Positions 8,417-18,323 of a stretch of 24,953 nucleotides of DNA are shown here, piece after piece. Location: the IMG/VR virus record IMGVR_UViG_3300025015_000106, positions 1 to 24,953 of that record. The stretch is one strand, 5' to 3'. The notes under the pieces are model-generated. The model ran no database searches. It saw nothing but the letters and a program-made list of their open reading frames with translations, and was not told the DNA's origin. The stretch's first letter is position 1. Each line of letters starts with the position of its first letter. The stretch is from a virus. Its lineage: Duplodnaviria; Caudoviricetes. The translations under genes and the position numbers were made by a program.

Positions 8417-9984
8417 TTCCACCATTCCTCCTTTTTAGTAAAGTCCCAGTGGGATTCTTTTTTTTGAATTTTGTTAAACCTTGGTACTAATATATGTTCC
8501 CGTATCCAATTTGATATAAAGTTCGAACTCAATTCACTAATTCTAATTAACAGATGATATTTTTTTGGTAACTTCATATACAATTGAAAAGCCATCATGA
8601 GTCCCATTAATTCTTTTTTTGTTATTTGTGGCATATTTAATTGAGAACTTGTTCTGTATAAGTCTTCGTGGTTTTTATCAGAAAAATCAATTAACCCCAT
8701 ATCCTCACATAGTTTTCTTAATGCGCAACCGCGGTAGGGGTGGAAGAAAGTTACTGTTGCACTTGATGGATTAACTTTTTTATTTAACATAATTGTCTTC
8801 ATGATATCCTGTCTTGTTTCGGTTGGCAGTCCTATGATATTGAAAGACGAACATCTAATTTTATATTTATGTGCAAGTGCAAAGACTTTTTCGACATGAG
8901 AATCTTTATAATTTCTTTTGAGAATATTTTTACGAATATGGGTACTTCCTGATTCAATGCCACAACAAATATTTCGTAATCCGGCATCAACCGCACATGA
9001 CAAAGACATTTCGTCCACCAGTGTCGGTTGAATATTAATTGAAAATGGTAGTCCCACCCGAGTCTTATATTCAGTTAAAAACATTTGCATTATCTTATGG
9101 TCATGTAGTGGAAAGATATCGTCGACAAACATAAAGAAATTTATATTGTATTTTTCTTTAAAATCAACCAATTCATTTACCAATAATACTGGGTCTTTCT
9201 TTCTATAATATTGTTTGGCTGATGCATTTGCAGATGTATGGAATGCATTATTTGCACAATAGCTGCACTGAAAAACGCATCCTCTTGTCCATATAACGGT
9301 GGCCATGTTATACATCTTACCGCCCAGTGGACGAAGAAAATGTCTTTGATCAAATATACTTAAATCAGGTGGCAGTCCTTTTTCAATATTGGGCAGAGTC
9401 ACTTTATTTTTATGAATTATCTTATTAGTATGATAGTCGGCGTCCTTAACCCAGAAATTGTCTATTTTGTATATCTTGTGCCATCCATCTGTGCCATGTT
9501 TATCATATACATTTGCTAATTTGACTAACTGAAGTTCTGTTTCTCCTCTTGCCAAAATGTCTATAGATGGTTCTTGTATTATTTCCTCAGGTGTTAATGT
9601 TGCAAGTGGGCCACCACATATAATAGGAATATTCGGATAATTTTTTTTGCAAACGGCCATTAATTCCATACCAAAGTCATGGTTTGGGTCGACTGTTGAT
9701 ACACCTATCATATTAGGTTGATATTGTTTTATTTCATTAACAAGTGATTCAAAAACATTAATATCTTTCTCAACTAATCCAAGAGCGTCAAAATTTGGAT
9801 TAGATACTTGTAAATTTTTTTCGCGCAGTGCATCGTCTGATGCTAAATTACCACATTTAACAAACGTGGTATCAAATAATCTAAAATCATGTCCACTGTT
9901 CTTGAGGTATGCCGATAAATATCCTAACCCAAGAGGTGCGCGAGCGACCATCACTTTATTTGGATACACCATTAAAAATTTCAT
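8413..9984 (-). CDS. B12-binding radical SAM protein (class B methylase-like)
   Basis: PLGLGYLSAYL, IICGGP, TRGCVFQCSYC (CxxxCxxC), FVDDIF, GIESGS, IIGLPTET. Confidence 0.92.
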   Translation of the reverse strand: MKFLMVYPNKVMVARAPLGLGYLSAYLKNSGHDFRLFDTTFVKCGNLASDDALREKNLQVSNPNFDALGLVEKDINVFESLVNEIKQYQPNMIGVSTVDPNHDFGMELMAVCKKNYPNIPIICGGPLATLTPEEIIQEPSIDILARGETELQLVKLANVYDKHGTDGWHKIYKIDNFWVKDADYHTNKIIHKNKVTLPNIEKGLPPDLSIFDQRHFLRPLGGKMYNMATVIWTRGCVFQCSYCANNAFHTSANASAKQYYRKKDPVLLVNELVDFKEKYNINFFMFVDDIFPLHDHKIMQMFLTEYKTRVGLPFSINIQPTLVDEMSLSCAVDAGLRNICCGIESGSTHIRKNILKRNYKDSHVEKVFALAHKYKIRCSSFNIIGLPTETRQDIMKTIMLNKKVNPSSATVTFFHPYRGCALRKLCEDMGLIDFSDKNHEDLYRTSSQLNMPQITKKELMGLMMAFQLYMKLPKKYHLLIRISELSSNFISNWIREHILVPRFNKIQKKESHWDFTKKEEWWK

Positions 9985-11342
9985 TTCTTTCTATCTAAAT
10001 AATATTTTAAATCCTCGGGTGTTCCTAGCCCCCACATTTGATTTATACCAAATGTTTTAATTTTCTTGTTATCTTGTATTGCTTCGTTGTACACTGGGCA
10101 CACATAATACTCTCCGTTGACCCTAATGTTTTTTCTAATCATTTGTTCTGCATATTTAACATAATCAGAACCTTTAGACCAATAATATACACCGGCGGTT
10201 GCCGTTGTTGATATTGGATTCTTTTCGGCTACTTCTATGACATAACCACGTTCGTCTACTTTAGCAAAAGACCATTTTGGGTGTGACGACTCAAATACTA
10301 CAATTCCAGCGTCTAACTTTTGTTCTTGCATTTTATACATAAACTTATTACTATCCCACTCAATAAACTGGTCTGAGTTTGCAATGATTAATGGTACATC
10401 ATTGTCAATAAATTCTTTCGCCAACAAAGTTGTACAAGCAGCTCCATCTGTTAGTTTATCAACCTCCACTATCTTGCTACTTGGAGCTATTAAATTTAAC
10501 ATAGAATCTAAATTATATTTGGCTCGATGCTCTTTCAAAACAACAAATATATAATTTGCATCTATATTCAAATTATCAACAACCACCTGTATCATTGGTT
10601 TTCCTTCGACTTCTATCAAAGGTTTTGGAAATGTATAACCAGCCTGCTGGAATCTACTTCCTGCTCCTGACATCGGGATTAAAATATTTAATTTCCCTCC
10701 CTGCCATTTTGGTATTATTATGCTGCTTCTATTTTTTAGTGTATCATATATCTTTTCCTCTGTTACATCTAATGGTGAACTGACTCTCAATACACATGCA
10801 CTGCTTCTAGAAGCTGCTAATAAACCAACCGGAGAATCCTCTACTATCAAAGTTTCTTCTGGTAATTTCTTCATTATGCTCATACCCTTCCAGTACATTT
10901 CTGGATGTGGTTTGCTATTATTTACATCTTCGTTAGATAATATTAAATCTAAAAATTCAATGATACCAATCTTTGATAACATTGTAAGCACTGAGCGTCT
11001 TATGGAGTTAGAACATACGGCTATTTCATACCCGTCATTTTTTAGTTTTGTAAATAATTCAATTAATTTATCATTTTGGTGTAACGCACTTATTGATTTG
11101 AGAGTCAATACCTGCTTTCTTTTCCAAATCTGTTGGTAAAATTTTGTTGGTAGTTTTTTATTTATTGTGAGCTTCTCCAATTTCTCATGGGTTTTAAGCC
11201 CATCGTATGATGCGTGATGTTCGACTTCTGATATAATATAATCGGTGCTTACTTCGGCTAATGCTTTATTCAAACATTCATAGTGAATATGTTTTGCGTC
11301 CACCAACACGCCATCTAAATCAAATATAACAAGTTTAATCAT
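9981..11342 (-). CDS. HAD-family phosphatase fused to a sugar nucleotidyltransferase-like domain (BcbE-like)
   Basis: N-terminal FDLDGVLVD, SNS, KPHPE, IVEDS; C-terminal IPMSGAGSRF...PKPLI, GAACT, NSDQ, EK, GLGTPEDL. Confidence 0.88.
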   Translation of the reverse strand: MIKLVIFDLDGVLVDAKHIHYECLNKALAEVSTDYIISEVEHHASYDGLKTHEKLEKLTINKKLPTKFYQQIWKRKQVLTLKSISALHQNDKLIELFTKLKNDGYEIAVCSNSIRRSVLTMLSKIGIIEFLDLILSNEDVNNSKPHPEMYWKGMSIMKKLPEETLIVEDSPVGLLAASRSSACVLRVSSPLDVTEEKIYDTLKNRSSIIIPKWQGGKLNILIPMSGAGSRFQQAGYTFPKPLIEVEGKPMIQVVVDNLNIDANYIFVVLKEHRAKYNLDSMLNLIAPSSKIVEVDKLTDGAACTTLLAKEFIDNDVPLIIANSDQFIEWDSNKFMYKMQEQKLDAGIVVFESSHPKWSFAKVDERGYVIEVAEKNPISTTATAGVYYWSKGSDYVKYAEQMIRKNIRVNGEYYVCPVYNEAIQDNKKIKTFGINQMWGLGTPEDLKYYLDRKK

Positions 11343-11343
11343 A

Positions 11344-12030
11344 TTATTTTCTATCCAGTATATGTTTAGTAATATATTCAGTTTTAAAAATCATTGGGTT
11401 AGATTGCTTTCTATCTTCGCCGGCAATCGTATTTTTTGTTATATCAATTCCAATTTGATTAAGGCACATACCCCAAATTCTTTCTGATGTGCACATTCCT
11501 TCTTTATTCGTTGGTAATATATTTTGTAGGCCTTTGGTGTGTAATTCGGTTAAAATTTTTCTTCTCGCAATAAATGTTATACCCATCAACCCAACAAATT
11601 CTTCCATGAATTTAAACGTAGTTTTACTCTCTAATTCAAATTTTGCTTTATATTTCATCTGTTGATTATGCCATCCGCGGCCTGCTTGTAATAGTGATTT
11701 ATCAACTCGAAAATACATAAATGAAGTAAAATCATTTTCTTTAAAGCATTCTAAACTCTTATGAATTTCCATTGAATCATGTAATACAAAATAATGCTCT
11801 TCATCAGGAAATGTATGATATGCAAACCAAACAGCAGAGTCTATAAAATTTTTATTTTCTTCGGCAAATAATATAGTATTGTCAAAATTATACAATTCCT
11901 TCATATAACTTTGGTCTTCTGAACAGGAGTCTAAAACTAAAATTTTATCTGCCATGTGGTATTTTCTTATTTGTTTGACACAGGCTACCACTCTAGATTG
12001 CGCAGTGTATTTACAGGGTATAACAAACAT
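11344..12030 (-). CDS. Putative GT-A glycosyltransferase
   Basis: FVIPCKY, ILVLDSCS, FVLHDS, ERIWG. Confidence 0.6.
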   Translation of the reverse strand: MFVIPCKYTAQSRVVACVKQIRKYHMADKILVLDSCSEDQSYMKELYNFDNTILFAEENKNFIDSAVWFAYHTFPDEEHYFVLHDSMEIHKSLECFKENDFTSFMYFRVDKSLLQAGRGWHNQQMKYKAKFELESKTTFKFMEEFVGLMGITFIARRKILTELHTKGLQNILPTNKEGMCTSERIWGMCLNQIGIDITKNTIAGEDRKQSNPMIFKTEYITKHILDRK

Positions 12031-13039
12031 TACACGATGCCCTCAGATTTTTAAATATATTATAAATGTTAATTGCAATATTTTCGGGTCTATACAAATC
12101 AATAAATTTATGCTTTGCGTATAATACCATTGTTTTTTGTAAATTATCAAAATTACATAAAACATAATCAATCTTTTCTTCTAAATCACTGAAATCATGC
12201 TTGCATGTAATATATGTTTTGCCATCTTCATACCACATTGGCTCACTATCAATATAACTCATATCTGGTTTAATAAGAATGCTACCGAACATAGTTGCTT
12301 CAATATCCCTCGGTGCCATTTCTCCATACCCAAAAGGGGCAAGTATTATTTTACTTTGTGACATTTTATTATAGTATTCTTGTTGTGATAATTTAACGCC
12401 GTTTTCTAATTTTGTAACTTTACATTTCAATTTATTTACAATGTTCACGCACGGTGTTCTGAATTTATCATACGCCTTAGATTGATGTAATCCGTGTTCA
12501 TATACCGGTGTCAATGTTGGATAACTAAATAATGCACTTACATCATAAGTTTTTGGAATATTATTATACCAAGTCGGATTGACAGTCGATAACCAATTCG
12601 TTCCTGATAATTTTATTCTGTCCGAATATTTGTTGAATTCTTCACATACATAATTTCCTTCTCCCCAATAATATCGCCCATTCACCCATTTTTGTTTATA
12701 CAATGACCGGTCCTTTAACATTGTGTTTTTTAATAACAGCAATGCATTTGATTCTTTAAAGACATCATATGAACCAATTAATGTGGTTGCATCTTGTCCG
12801 TCGAATAACATATAATCGCCGGCTATTCCAGATAGAAATTTTAACCCATCTTCAATTGATTGTTGTAATGAAACTTTTTTATTAAGGTAACTCGCTTGCC
12901 CTATCCATGCAAAATCATATGTATCTCCGGTAACAAATTCAATACCAACATCGCTTAATATATTCTTTGCTTGAATGTACGGTCGAAAGGTAGTTTCGTT
13001 ACGATGCTTTTCTAATTCATATATTTTTACCTTGATCAT
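12011..13039 (-). CDS. Putative GT-B glycosyltransferase
   Basis: C-terminal YYNKMSQSKIILAPFGYGEMAPRDIEATMFGSILIKP...DFSDLEEKI. Confidence 0.7.
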   Translation of the reverse strand: MIKVKIYELEKHRNETTFRPYIQAKNILSDVGIEFVTGDTYDFAWIGQASYLNKKVSLQQSIEDGLKFLSGIAGDYMLFDGQDATTLIGSYDVFKESNALLLLKNTMLKDRSLYKQKWVNGRYYWGEGNYVCEEFNKYSDRIKLSGTNWLSTVNPTWYNNIPKTYDVSALFSYPTLTPVYEHGLHQSKAYDKFRTPCVNIVNKLKCKVTKLENGVKLSQQEYYNKMSQSKIILAPFGYGEMAPRDIEATMFGSILIKPDMSYIDSEPMWYEDGKTYITCKHDFSDLEEKIDYVLCNFDNLQKTMVLYAKHKFIDLYRPENIAINIYNIFKNLRASCNVCYTL

Positions 13040-13263
13040 ATCGTACTATAAAACTGGTTTTGCGATTCCTGTTTCTTAATATCCTTGACATGGTATAAAC
13101 AATACTCTTCTTCCAACGGTAATGTAGCATACTTATCAAAACCACTTAATACTTCATGCACCTTACCAACCCATTTTATTTTTGGATCGTTGCGCGTGAT
13201 TCTGGTTTGAAGATCTGGAAAATTAATTATTGGTGTGTAATATGTTACTTTAACTTTTGCCAT
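13036..13263 (-). CDS. C-terminal part of a split GT2 (beta-1,4-glucosyltransferase-like) gene
   Basis: FPDLQTRI...KWVGKVHEVL...LYH is the PDxQxR...VHE signature that is missing from 14192..14719. Own ATG; ATGA-coupled to the next gene. Confidence 0.82.
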   Translation of the reverse strand: MAKVKVTYYTPIINFPDLQTRITRNDPKIKWVGKVHEVLSGFDKYATLPLEEEYCLYHVKDIKKQESQNQFYSTI

Positions 13264-13267
13264 AATA

Positions 13268-13957
13268 TTAATACTTATATTGAAGTCCTGTATTGTATCG
13301 TTTTTTTAAATTTTCCTCCCATGTAATAAATTGTAAATTTGAAATATCACCGATTATTTCAGCAGGAATTTTCTTTTGCCATCCTTCAAATTTTTCAATT
13401 TTATGGTCTAAGTGATACGCGTTAGGTGTACCTGCATTACCACGATTATCATAGTTAGGAAGTAAATGAATTGGTTGTCGCTCTGTTATTAAGTCGACTG
13501 AACAACAATATAGTTTAAATTGGTCTTGTTTTTTAATATATTCATTATACGATAAATTATGTTCTTCTAAAAACTTTTTAATTCTAATGTTATTTGCCCC
13601 AGTTTTACTAAAGGCGGATTGTTCGCTTATCCGTTTTTTATATTTTTGTGCTTCTTCATATCCAAATATTTCTTCATATGTTTTATTTTTATATGGATGA
13701 GAACATTGATTACAATTTTTATTGGCTTTTAATGCTCTGTTTGTGGCATATTTATTTTTATAGTGTATTATACGATTACAGCAAGGGCACGTGCGTTCAA
13801 GTATGTCAGGGACAAGTGGTTTCTCAGGTTCAATTATATCAGGTGACGCACATTTTTTACATATTACATTTTCTTTGTTGGCATCTAGCCACGCATAAAA
13901 CCCACGATATTTAATAATTGAATTACATTTTAGACAAATTCTTGTAAACCCGTTCAT
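13268..13957 (-). CDS. HNH-type homing endonuclease with two N-terminal Zn ribbons
   Basis: CLKC/CKKC and CPCC/CNQC pairs; KNKTYEEIFG module; C-terminal YHLDHK...IGDISNLQFITWEENLKK. AAGGAG upstream of the ATG. Confidence 0.8.
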   Translation of the reverse strand: MNGFTRICLKCNSIIKYRGFYAWLDANKENVICKKCASPDIIEPEKPLVPDILERTCPCCNRIIHYKNKYATNRALKANKNCNQCSHPYKNKTYEEIFGYEEAQKYKKRISEQSAFSKTGANNIRIKKFLEEHNLSYNEYIKKQDQFKLYCCSVDLITERQPIHLLPNYDNRGNAGTPNAYHLDHKIEKFEGWQKKIPAEIIGDISNLQFITWEENLKKRYNTGLQYKY

Positions 13958-14115
13958 TTATTCTCCTTTAGCATTTCCTTATTTTGCTCTATCCACTGCT
14001 TCATCAACTTTTCAATTAATTTTGACTGGTTGCACATTCCTAGCGTTTCAATTAAAAGTTTAAAATTAGCAATAACATCTACGTCAATGTATAAAGTAAT
14101 GCATTTTTTGCTCAT
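13954..14115 (-). CDS. Small RHH-like protein (53 aa; not in the ORF track)
   Basis: Hand translation MSKKCITLYIDVDVIANFKLLIETLGMCNQSKLIEKLMKQWIEQNKEMLKENK; ATGA overlap with the HNH start. Confidence 0.7.
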   Translation of the reverse strand: MSKKCITLYIDVDVIANFKLLIETLGMCNQSKLIEKLMKQWIEQNKEMLKENK

Positions 14116-14149
14116 ATTTAGTAATATTTAGTTCTCAATAATAAATATA
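14114..14149 (-). promoter_or_regulatory. Putative promoter motif TATATTTAT plus a 10-bp-period direct repeat
   Basis: Motif at 14141-14149; ACTAAATAT twice on the minus strand (14124-14132 and 14114-14122), the second overlapping the ATG. Confidence 0.45.
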
Positions 14150-14191
14150 GTAAAAATAAAAATAAGTGGTAAAAAATTGAAAATATTTTCT

Positions 14192-14719
14192 TTAGACGGA
14201 GGTTTCACTAATAATTAATCCATTGGTTTTCAACATTTTATACTTTTCTGACTCTGTATCTATAATTTCAGTATTTTTAAATATATCGCTTTCAAAATGT
14301 GAAATTCTCCAATTCCATTTTTTAATATGATCGTTTGTAATTCCGATAACAATGTTTATACGAGGAATTAAAAAAACGTCAATTTCTGGGTTTAATGTGA
14401 TGATTTGTGGTAAATTTTCAATAATTTGTGTACCAACATATTCATCCGCGTCTAAAAACACTATGAAGTCTGCCTTACAGTTATTTTTTAATGTATTCTT
14501 GAAATTTGCAAAATCTTTATTGAGAGAAGCCTGAATAAATTTAATTTTATTTTGTTCTGCTAACTCTAAACAAAATTTTGTAACGTCACTCGAACCATTG
14601 TCCAAATCCTGCAGAATTACCACCTCATCTGTGTGATTTTTGAATAGTAAAATTGTCTTGACAAGTGTTTGGAGTTCAATATACTCATTGCAGCAAGTAA
14701 TTCCGTATGAGATTTTCAT
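14192..14719 (-). CDS. N-terminal part of a split GT2 glycosyltransferase
   Basis: ISYGITCCNE, DEVVILQD, DFANFKN, FLDADE (DxD), IPRIN; stops before the PDxQxR/VHE motifs. Confidence 0.85.
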   Translation of the reverse strand: MKISYGITCCNEYIELQTLVKTILLFKNHTDEVVILQDLDNGSSDVTKFCLELAEQNKIKFIQASLNKDFANFKNTLKNNCKADFIVFLDADEYVGTQIIENLPQIITLNPEIDVFLIPRINIVIGITNDHIKKWNWRISHFESDIFKNTEIIDTESEKYKMLKTNGLIISETSV

Positions 14720-15420
14720 AATGATTTAAAAGTTAATTCGTGTGGATGAATATTACTTAATGTATAATATCCATTTTCGAAATTCGGATCTCTAAAAAAT
14801 CGTACATATATTGGTAAATCCGCAACATCTATTTCAATCACACTATAATTTTGGTCTTTTGGATTCAATTGTTTCATTCTATCAAGCAACGATTTTAGAG
14901 CAGCTTGTGAATTATACAAATAAATCCTGTCAGGGTGGGTTGATAATTTATTATATGATTTCGGTGTTAAACCTTGTTTTTTTATTTTTTCTATTTTACT
15001 GGTTAAAGTAACATGAAATAATTTTTTAGGTAATTTAGATTTATCAATTTCAATATCATATTTTGCTTCGAATCCAATGCGGAACGGAACACCTATATCA
15101 GCAGCGGAAAACAATATACTTTCTTTATATTTTATTGATTTTGTCGGTGTTTTAATATAAGATGGAAACCATCCTAAATTATTAGTGGTTACCAATAAAT
15201 TCTTAATCTCGCCGATTGTTTCAGTACCACTACATATAATATCAAATCTATTATCTTTCCAGTATGGGTAAGTTTTATATTTTCTGGAGAGTACATTATT
15301 CGTTGACTGCAGCGATGCAGTGCTTATTAAGCCCTCATACAAAGCAAGTTCTTTCATTAACCATGGCTCGTTATTTATCAATGCTTTTAATAAAAATCGG
15401 TCTTCTTCAAACATATTCAT
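14716..15420 (-). CDS. Protein with a C-terminal ADP-ribosyltransferase-fold (KptA/Tpt1 NAD-binding-like) domain
   Basis: LFHVT...IKKQGLTPKS...RIYL...IEID...YYTLSNIHP. Confidence 0.6.
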   Translation of the reverse strand: MNMFEEDRFLLKALINNEPWLMKELALYEGLISTASLQSTNNVLSRKYKTYPYWKDNRFDIICSGTETIGEIKNLLVTTNNLGWFPSYIKTPTKSIKYKESILFSAADIGVPFRIGFEAKYDIEIDKSKLPKKLFHVTLTSKIEKIKKQGLTPKSYNKLSTHPDRIYLYNSQAALKSLLDRMKQLNPKDQNYSVIEIDVADLPIYVRFFRDPNFENGYYTLSNIHPHELTFKSL

Positions 15421-15965
15421 TTTTTATTTTCTTGTTGTTTTTGAAATTCCTTTGACACATCTTGAGTTCCAGGTGTTTTTGATTGTAACATATCAAATTC
15501 CTTTTTTGATATGCCTTGATCACTTTTCTTTCTGCCTTCTTTCCATTCGTAATTTACAAGTTTAATACTTGACAATTTAAGTGGGTCGATTGTACGATAT
15601 GAATTGGCAAACTCGTTATTTATCAATGGTTTGATAGTTGCCCCATAAAAGTACTTTTCTGTAACTTTAAAATCAAAACGAGTGTAAGGTTTTCCGCGGT
15701 ATGATTCTTCCAACGGCATTTTTTGAACGGTATGTTTTATTAGTCTATTTTCAATAATATAAGGATTGATGGATTTTAAATCTAATACGTGAATTAATTG
15801 TTCACGACCAAACGATTTAACATCAATTAATAAATAAAATTTAGGTTCAGAACCTTTCTCCGTTCTATATTGACAATATAACAGTGAGCCTCTCAAAGCA
15901 TTGCGCCATGATGGTATTGGAATTAAATCTAAAAAATTTGTGCGATGTGCTTCGAGATAATCCAT
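15417..15965 (-). CDS. Hypothetical phage protein
   Basis: 182-aa ORF, tightly coupled on both sides; no family confidently recognised. Confidence 0.75.
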   Translation of the reverse strand: MDYLEAHRTNFLDLIPIPSWRNALRGSLLYCQYRTEKGSEPKFYLLIDVKSFGREQLIHVLDLKSINPYIIENRLIKHTVQKMPLEESYRGKPYTRFDFKVTEKYFYGATIKPLINNEFANSYRTIDPLKLSSIKLVNYEWKEGRKKSDQGISKKEFDMLQSKTPGTQDVSKEFQKQQENKK

Positions 15966-15966
15966 A

Positions 15967-17301
15967 TTAATCAGTTATTTTTTTAAGTTTTGGTAATGTA
16001 ATTTTCGGTGGTTCATTACTTCCCACTTTCATTAATTTTGGTAAAGTAAGTTTTTGCATTTGTGGCTTACCTGCAATATAACTATCAACTAATTCTTTAA
16101 ATTTGGTATTCATTGCATCCAAACTAAAATTAGTTTTAATGTGGTGTGATGACCCCCTTGATTTTTCAAGGTGTGTTTTGTAGTTTTCAAAAACATCTAT
16201 CATCATACTACCTGCCATATTATAATCGACGGTAAACCATTGAGTTTCTTTATTTATTACTCCGTCCCACTGCGCCGATTTGTGTACCGGTGTTAATTTT
16301 CCTGGCAGAAGTATTGTAAATTTAGGATCTAGAAAATCTAAATGTCCAGACCAATTACTCGCCAATATTGGTTTACCTGTACGACAAAATTCCGCCAATG
16401 GCCTTCCGAACCCCTCACCCTTCGTAAAGGTTACCATTGCTTTTACTTTTGGATGATTGTATAATCCATTCATTTCTTCGTCGGTCAAATCACCGTGAAG
16501 TAGATATATGTTTGGTAAATCACCAGTAACCGATCGGGCTATCATTGAAATTTTGTCGAGTATTTCCGCTTCGTCTATTTTACTGAACGTTGCACCTGAT
16601 GTTTTAAGTATAAGGGCAGGTGGGTTTGTTTTATTTTTAAATACTTCAAGAAATATTTTAACTGCCATTCCGATATCTTTACGATCGCAGCCGATATCAC
16701 CTTTAAGCCAATGGCCGCAGACTAAAAATGCAAATTGTTCTTTGACATTTTTTAATTCTTCATTTATTGTAGGTGGAATTTCTTCAATTTTTTTATACAA
16801 ATTAATATCTACGCCTTCAAATAATACGTCAATAGGTCTTTCAATTTTTAATTCACCAAGTGGTTGATTGGTATTTTTATCTACCTTATTGTATTTGGTA
16901 TTCATAAATACATCGCGGGCAAACTTACTTGGTACAATGTTATGATGCATTATATTAAGGCCTGATATCCACGATGGGTCTGCAGCGGTTGTCTCTATGC
17001 CGGCAGTGCAGAATATATTTAGGTCGCCGATTGGCGTTGCTTCAGATGGAACTGAACATTGAAAAAATATTGCGGGTTTTTCTGGTAGTTGGTTTCCAAA
17101 AAGCAACCGACTAATAATGTCATCGTCTTTTCCTTGACATAATACATTCATTGGGCATGCTCCCCATTTAGTACTAATGATTTTAATATCATACGTATCA
17201 TCATACCCCTTTATAAAGGCGCGAACTAAATCTCTAAAATGACTTCCATAACCAGATCTAGTGGCTACAGGTCCTTGTAATACCGCAATCAGTTTTTTCA
17301 T
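15967..17301 (-). CDS. GT4-like (GT-B) glycosyltransferase
   Basis: PVATRSGYG, IVPSKF, RKDIG, TKGEGFGRPLAE, NWSGHLDFL; start overlaps the nuclease stop (ATGA, 17298-17301). Confidence 0.9.
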   Translation of the reverse strand: MKKLIAVLQGPVATRSGYGSHFRDLVRAFIKGYDDTYDIKIISTKWGACPMNVLCQGKDDDIISRLLFGNQLPEKPAIFFQCSVPSEATPIGDLNIFCTAGIETTAADPSWISGLNIMHHNIVPSKFARDVFMNTKYNKVDKNTNQPLGELKIERPIDVLFEGVDINLYKKIEEIPPTINEELKNVKEQFAFLVCGHWLKGDIGCDRKDIGMAVKIFLEVFKNKTNPPALILKTSGATFSKIDEAEILDKISMIARSVTGDLPNIYLLHGDLTDEEMNGLYNHPKVKAMVTFTKGEGFGRPLAEFCRTGKPILASNWSGHLDFLDPKFTILLPGKLTPVHKSAQWDGVINKETQWFTVDYNMAGSMMIDVFENYKTHLEKSRGSSHHIKTNFSLDAMNTKFKELVDSYIAGKPQMQKLTLPKLMKVGSNEPPKITLPKLKKITD

Positions 17302-18323
17302 ATTATATTTTTTATTACTTGAATTTTAAAATCTTCATAACTATTAATTTTTGAATCTTGGACACGAATAAATTTACAATGCAAAATATTTTCAATTTCA
17401 TGTTGTCTACGAACATCACGTGATTTCAACTTTCCATTTTTATCAAAATGAGCCTTTTCATCATATTCTATAACTAAATTAAGTTCTGGTACATAATAGT
17501 CTAAAAAATAACCGTGTATTTTAAACTCACCTCGATTTTCTGCAAATAACCCGTTCCAGCCAAACTCTTTATTTAATTGTCTAAAATAGTGGCATGCAGT
17601 TGCATTATAAAATGTAGGTGATAGGTATCTTTGTTTTATTGCATTAATTCGTTTTAAATAGCGAGTATGGTCTGATATGTTAAGTGATTTTCCTCGTTTA
17701 AATATACTTGCACACTCTGGGCTGCAACATTGCTTATTTATATTATATTTTTGTGCATAAAATTCATTATCGCAATTTGCACATTTTTTATTTACTCCAG
17801 TTTTCTTTTTATTATGAATAACCTTTCCTCTACACGAGTTTGAACAGAATCTTTTTTTACTGTGGGATTTGTTACTGGCAACAACCATAAATTCATTACC
17901 ACAGTACTCACACTTTTTAGCTTTTCTTACCGATATAATTATTCCTTTTCGATTTGGAAATTTTCGAGAACACTTATCACTACAAAACCATTTCTTTCCT
18001 TTTATGATATAATGATCTAAGTTGATTTGTGTTTTGTATATTTTGTTATCACACCCATCGCGACAGCATACCAACTCAATTCTAGGTTTCTTGTGGCCTA
18101 TTTCTGCACATTTTTGACAACAATAGTGTGCCTTTGTGTATGAATTTGATCTATAGAATTTAGTGTCACACGTTTTACATATATGAAATTTACCAGTTCT
18201 AAATTTTATTTGATTTGATGTACCAACGCATTTCCTAGAACAATATTTTCTGTTTTTATTTTTTGTTTTGAATACATTACCACATAACCCACAAACCTTC
18301 TCAATCGGTTCTTTTCTTCTCAT
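17298..18323 (-). CDS. Putative homing endonuclease: about five CxxC...CSxxC Zn-finger repeats plus a Vsr/DUF559-like nuclease domain
   Basis: Repeats such as CGLCGNVF...KYCSRKC and CEYCGNEF...RFCSNSC; C-terminal GYFLDYYVPELNLVIEYDEKAH...RDVRRQHEI...CKFIRV. AAGGAG upstream of the ATG. Confidence 0.82.
   Translation of the reverse strand: MRRKEPIEKVCGLCGNVFKTKNKNRKYCSRKCVGTSNQIKFRTGKFHICKTCDTKFYRSNSYTKAHYCCQKCAEIGHKKPRIELVCCRDGCDNKIYKTQINLDHYIIKGKKWFCSDKCSRKFPNRKGIIISVRKAKKCEYCGNEFMVVASNKSHSKKRFCSNSCRGKVIHNKKKTGVNKKCANCDNEFYAQKYNINKQCCSPECASIFKRGKSLNISDHTRYLKRINAIKQRYLSPTFYNATACHYFRQLNKEFGWNGLFAENRGEFKIHGYFLDYYVPELNLVIEYDEKAHFDKNGKLKSRDVRRQHEIENILHCKFIRVQDSKINSYEDFKIQVIKNII

Larger units (their letters stand above)
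13264..14191 (-). mobile_element. Cassette B: RHH-like ORF + Zn-ribbon HNH endonuclease splitting the GT2 gene
   Basis: Fills the whole gap between the two complementary GT2 halves; only about 80 nt is non-coding. Confidence 0.78.

Noticed and set aside
13264-14191. Group I/II intron or split intein explaining the interrupted genes
   Set aside because: Non-coding space in each cassette is under about 160 nt and mostly A/T, too little for a ribozyme core. No intein N-terminal Cys block or His-Asn/Cys junction is visible.
15417-15965. Resemblance to T4 gp2 DNA end protector (SYRT motif)
   Set aside because: Too few matching residues to support the call by eye.
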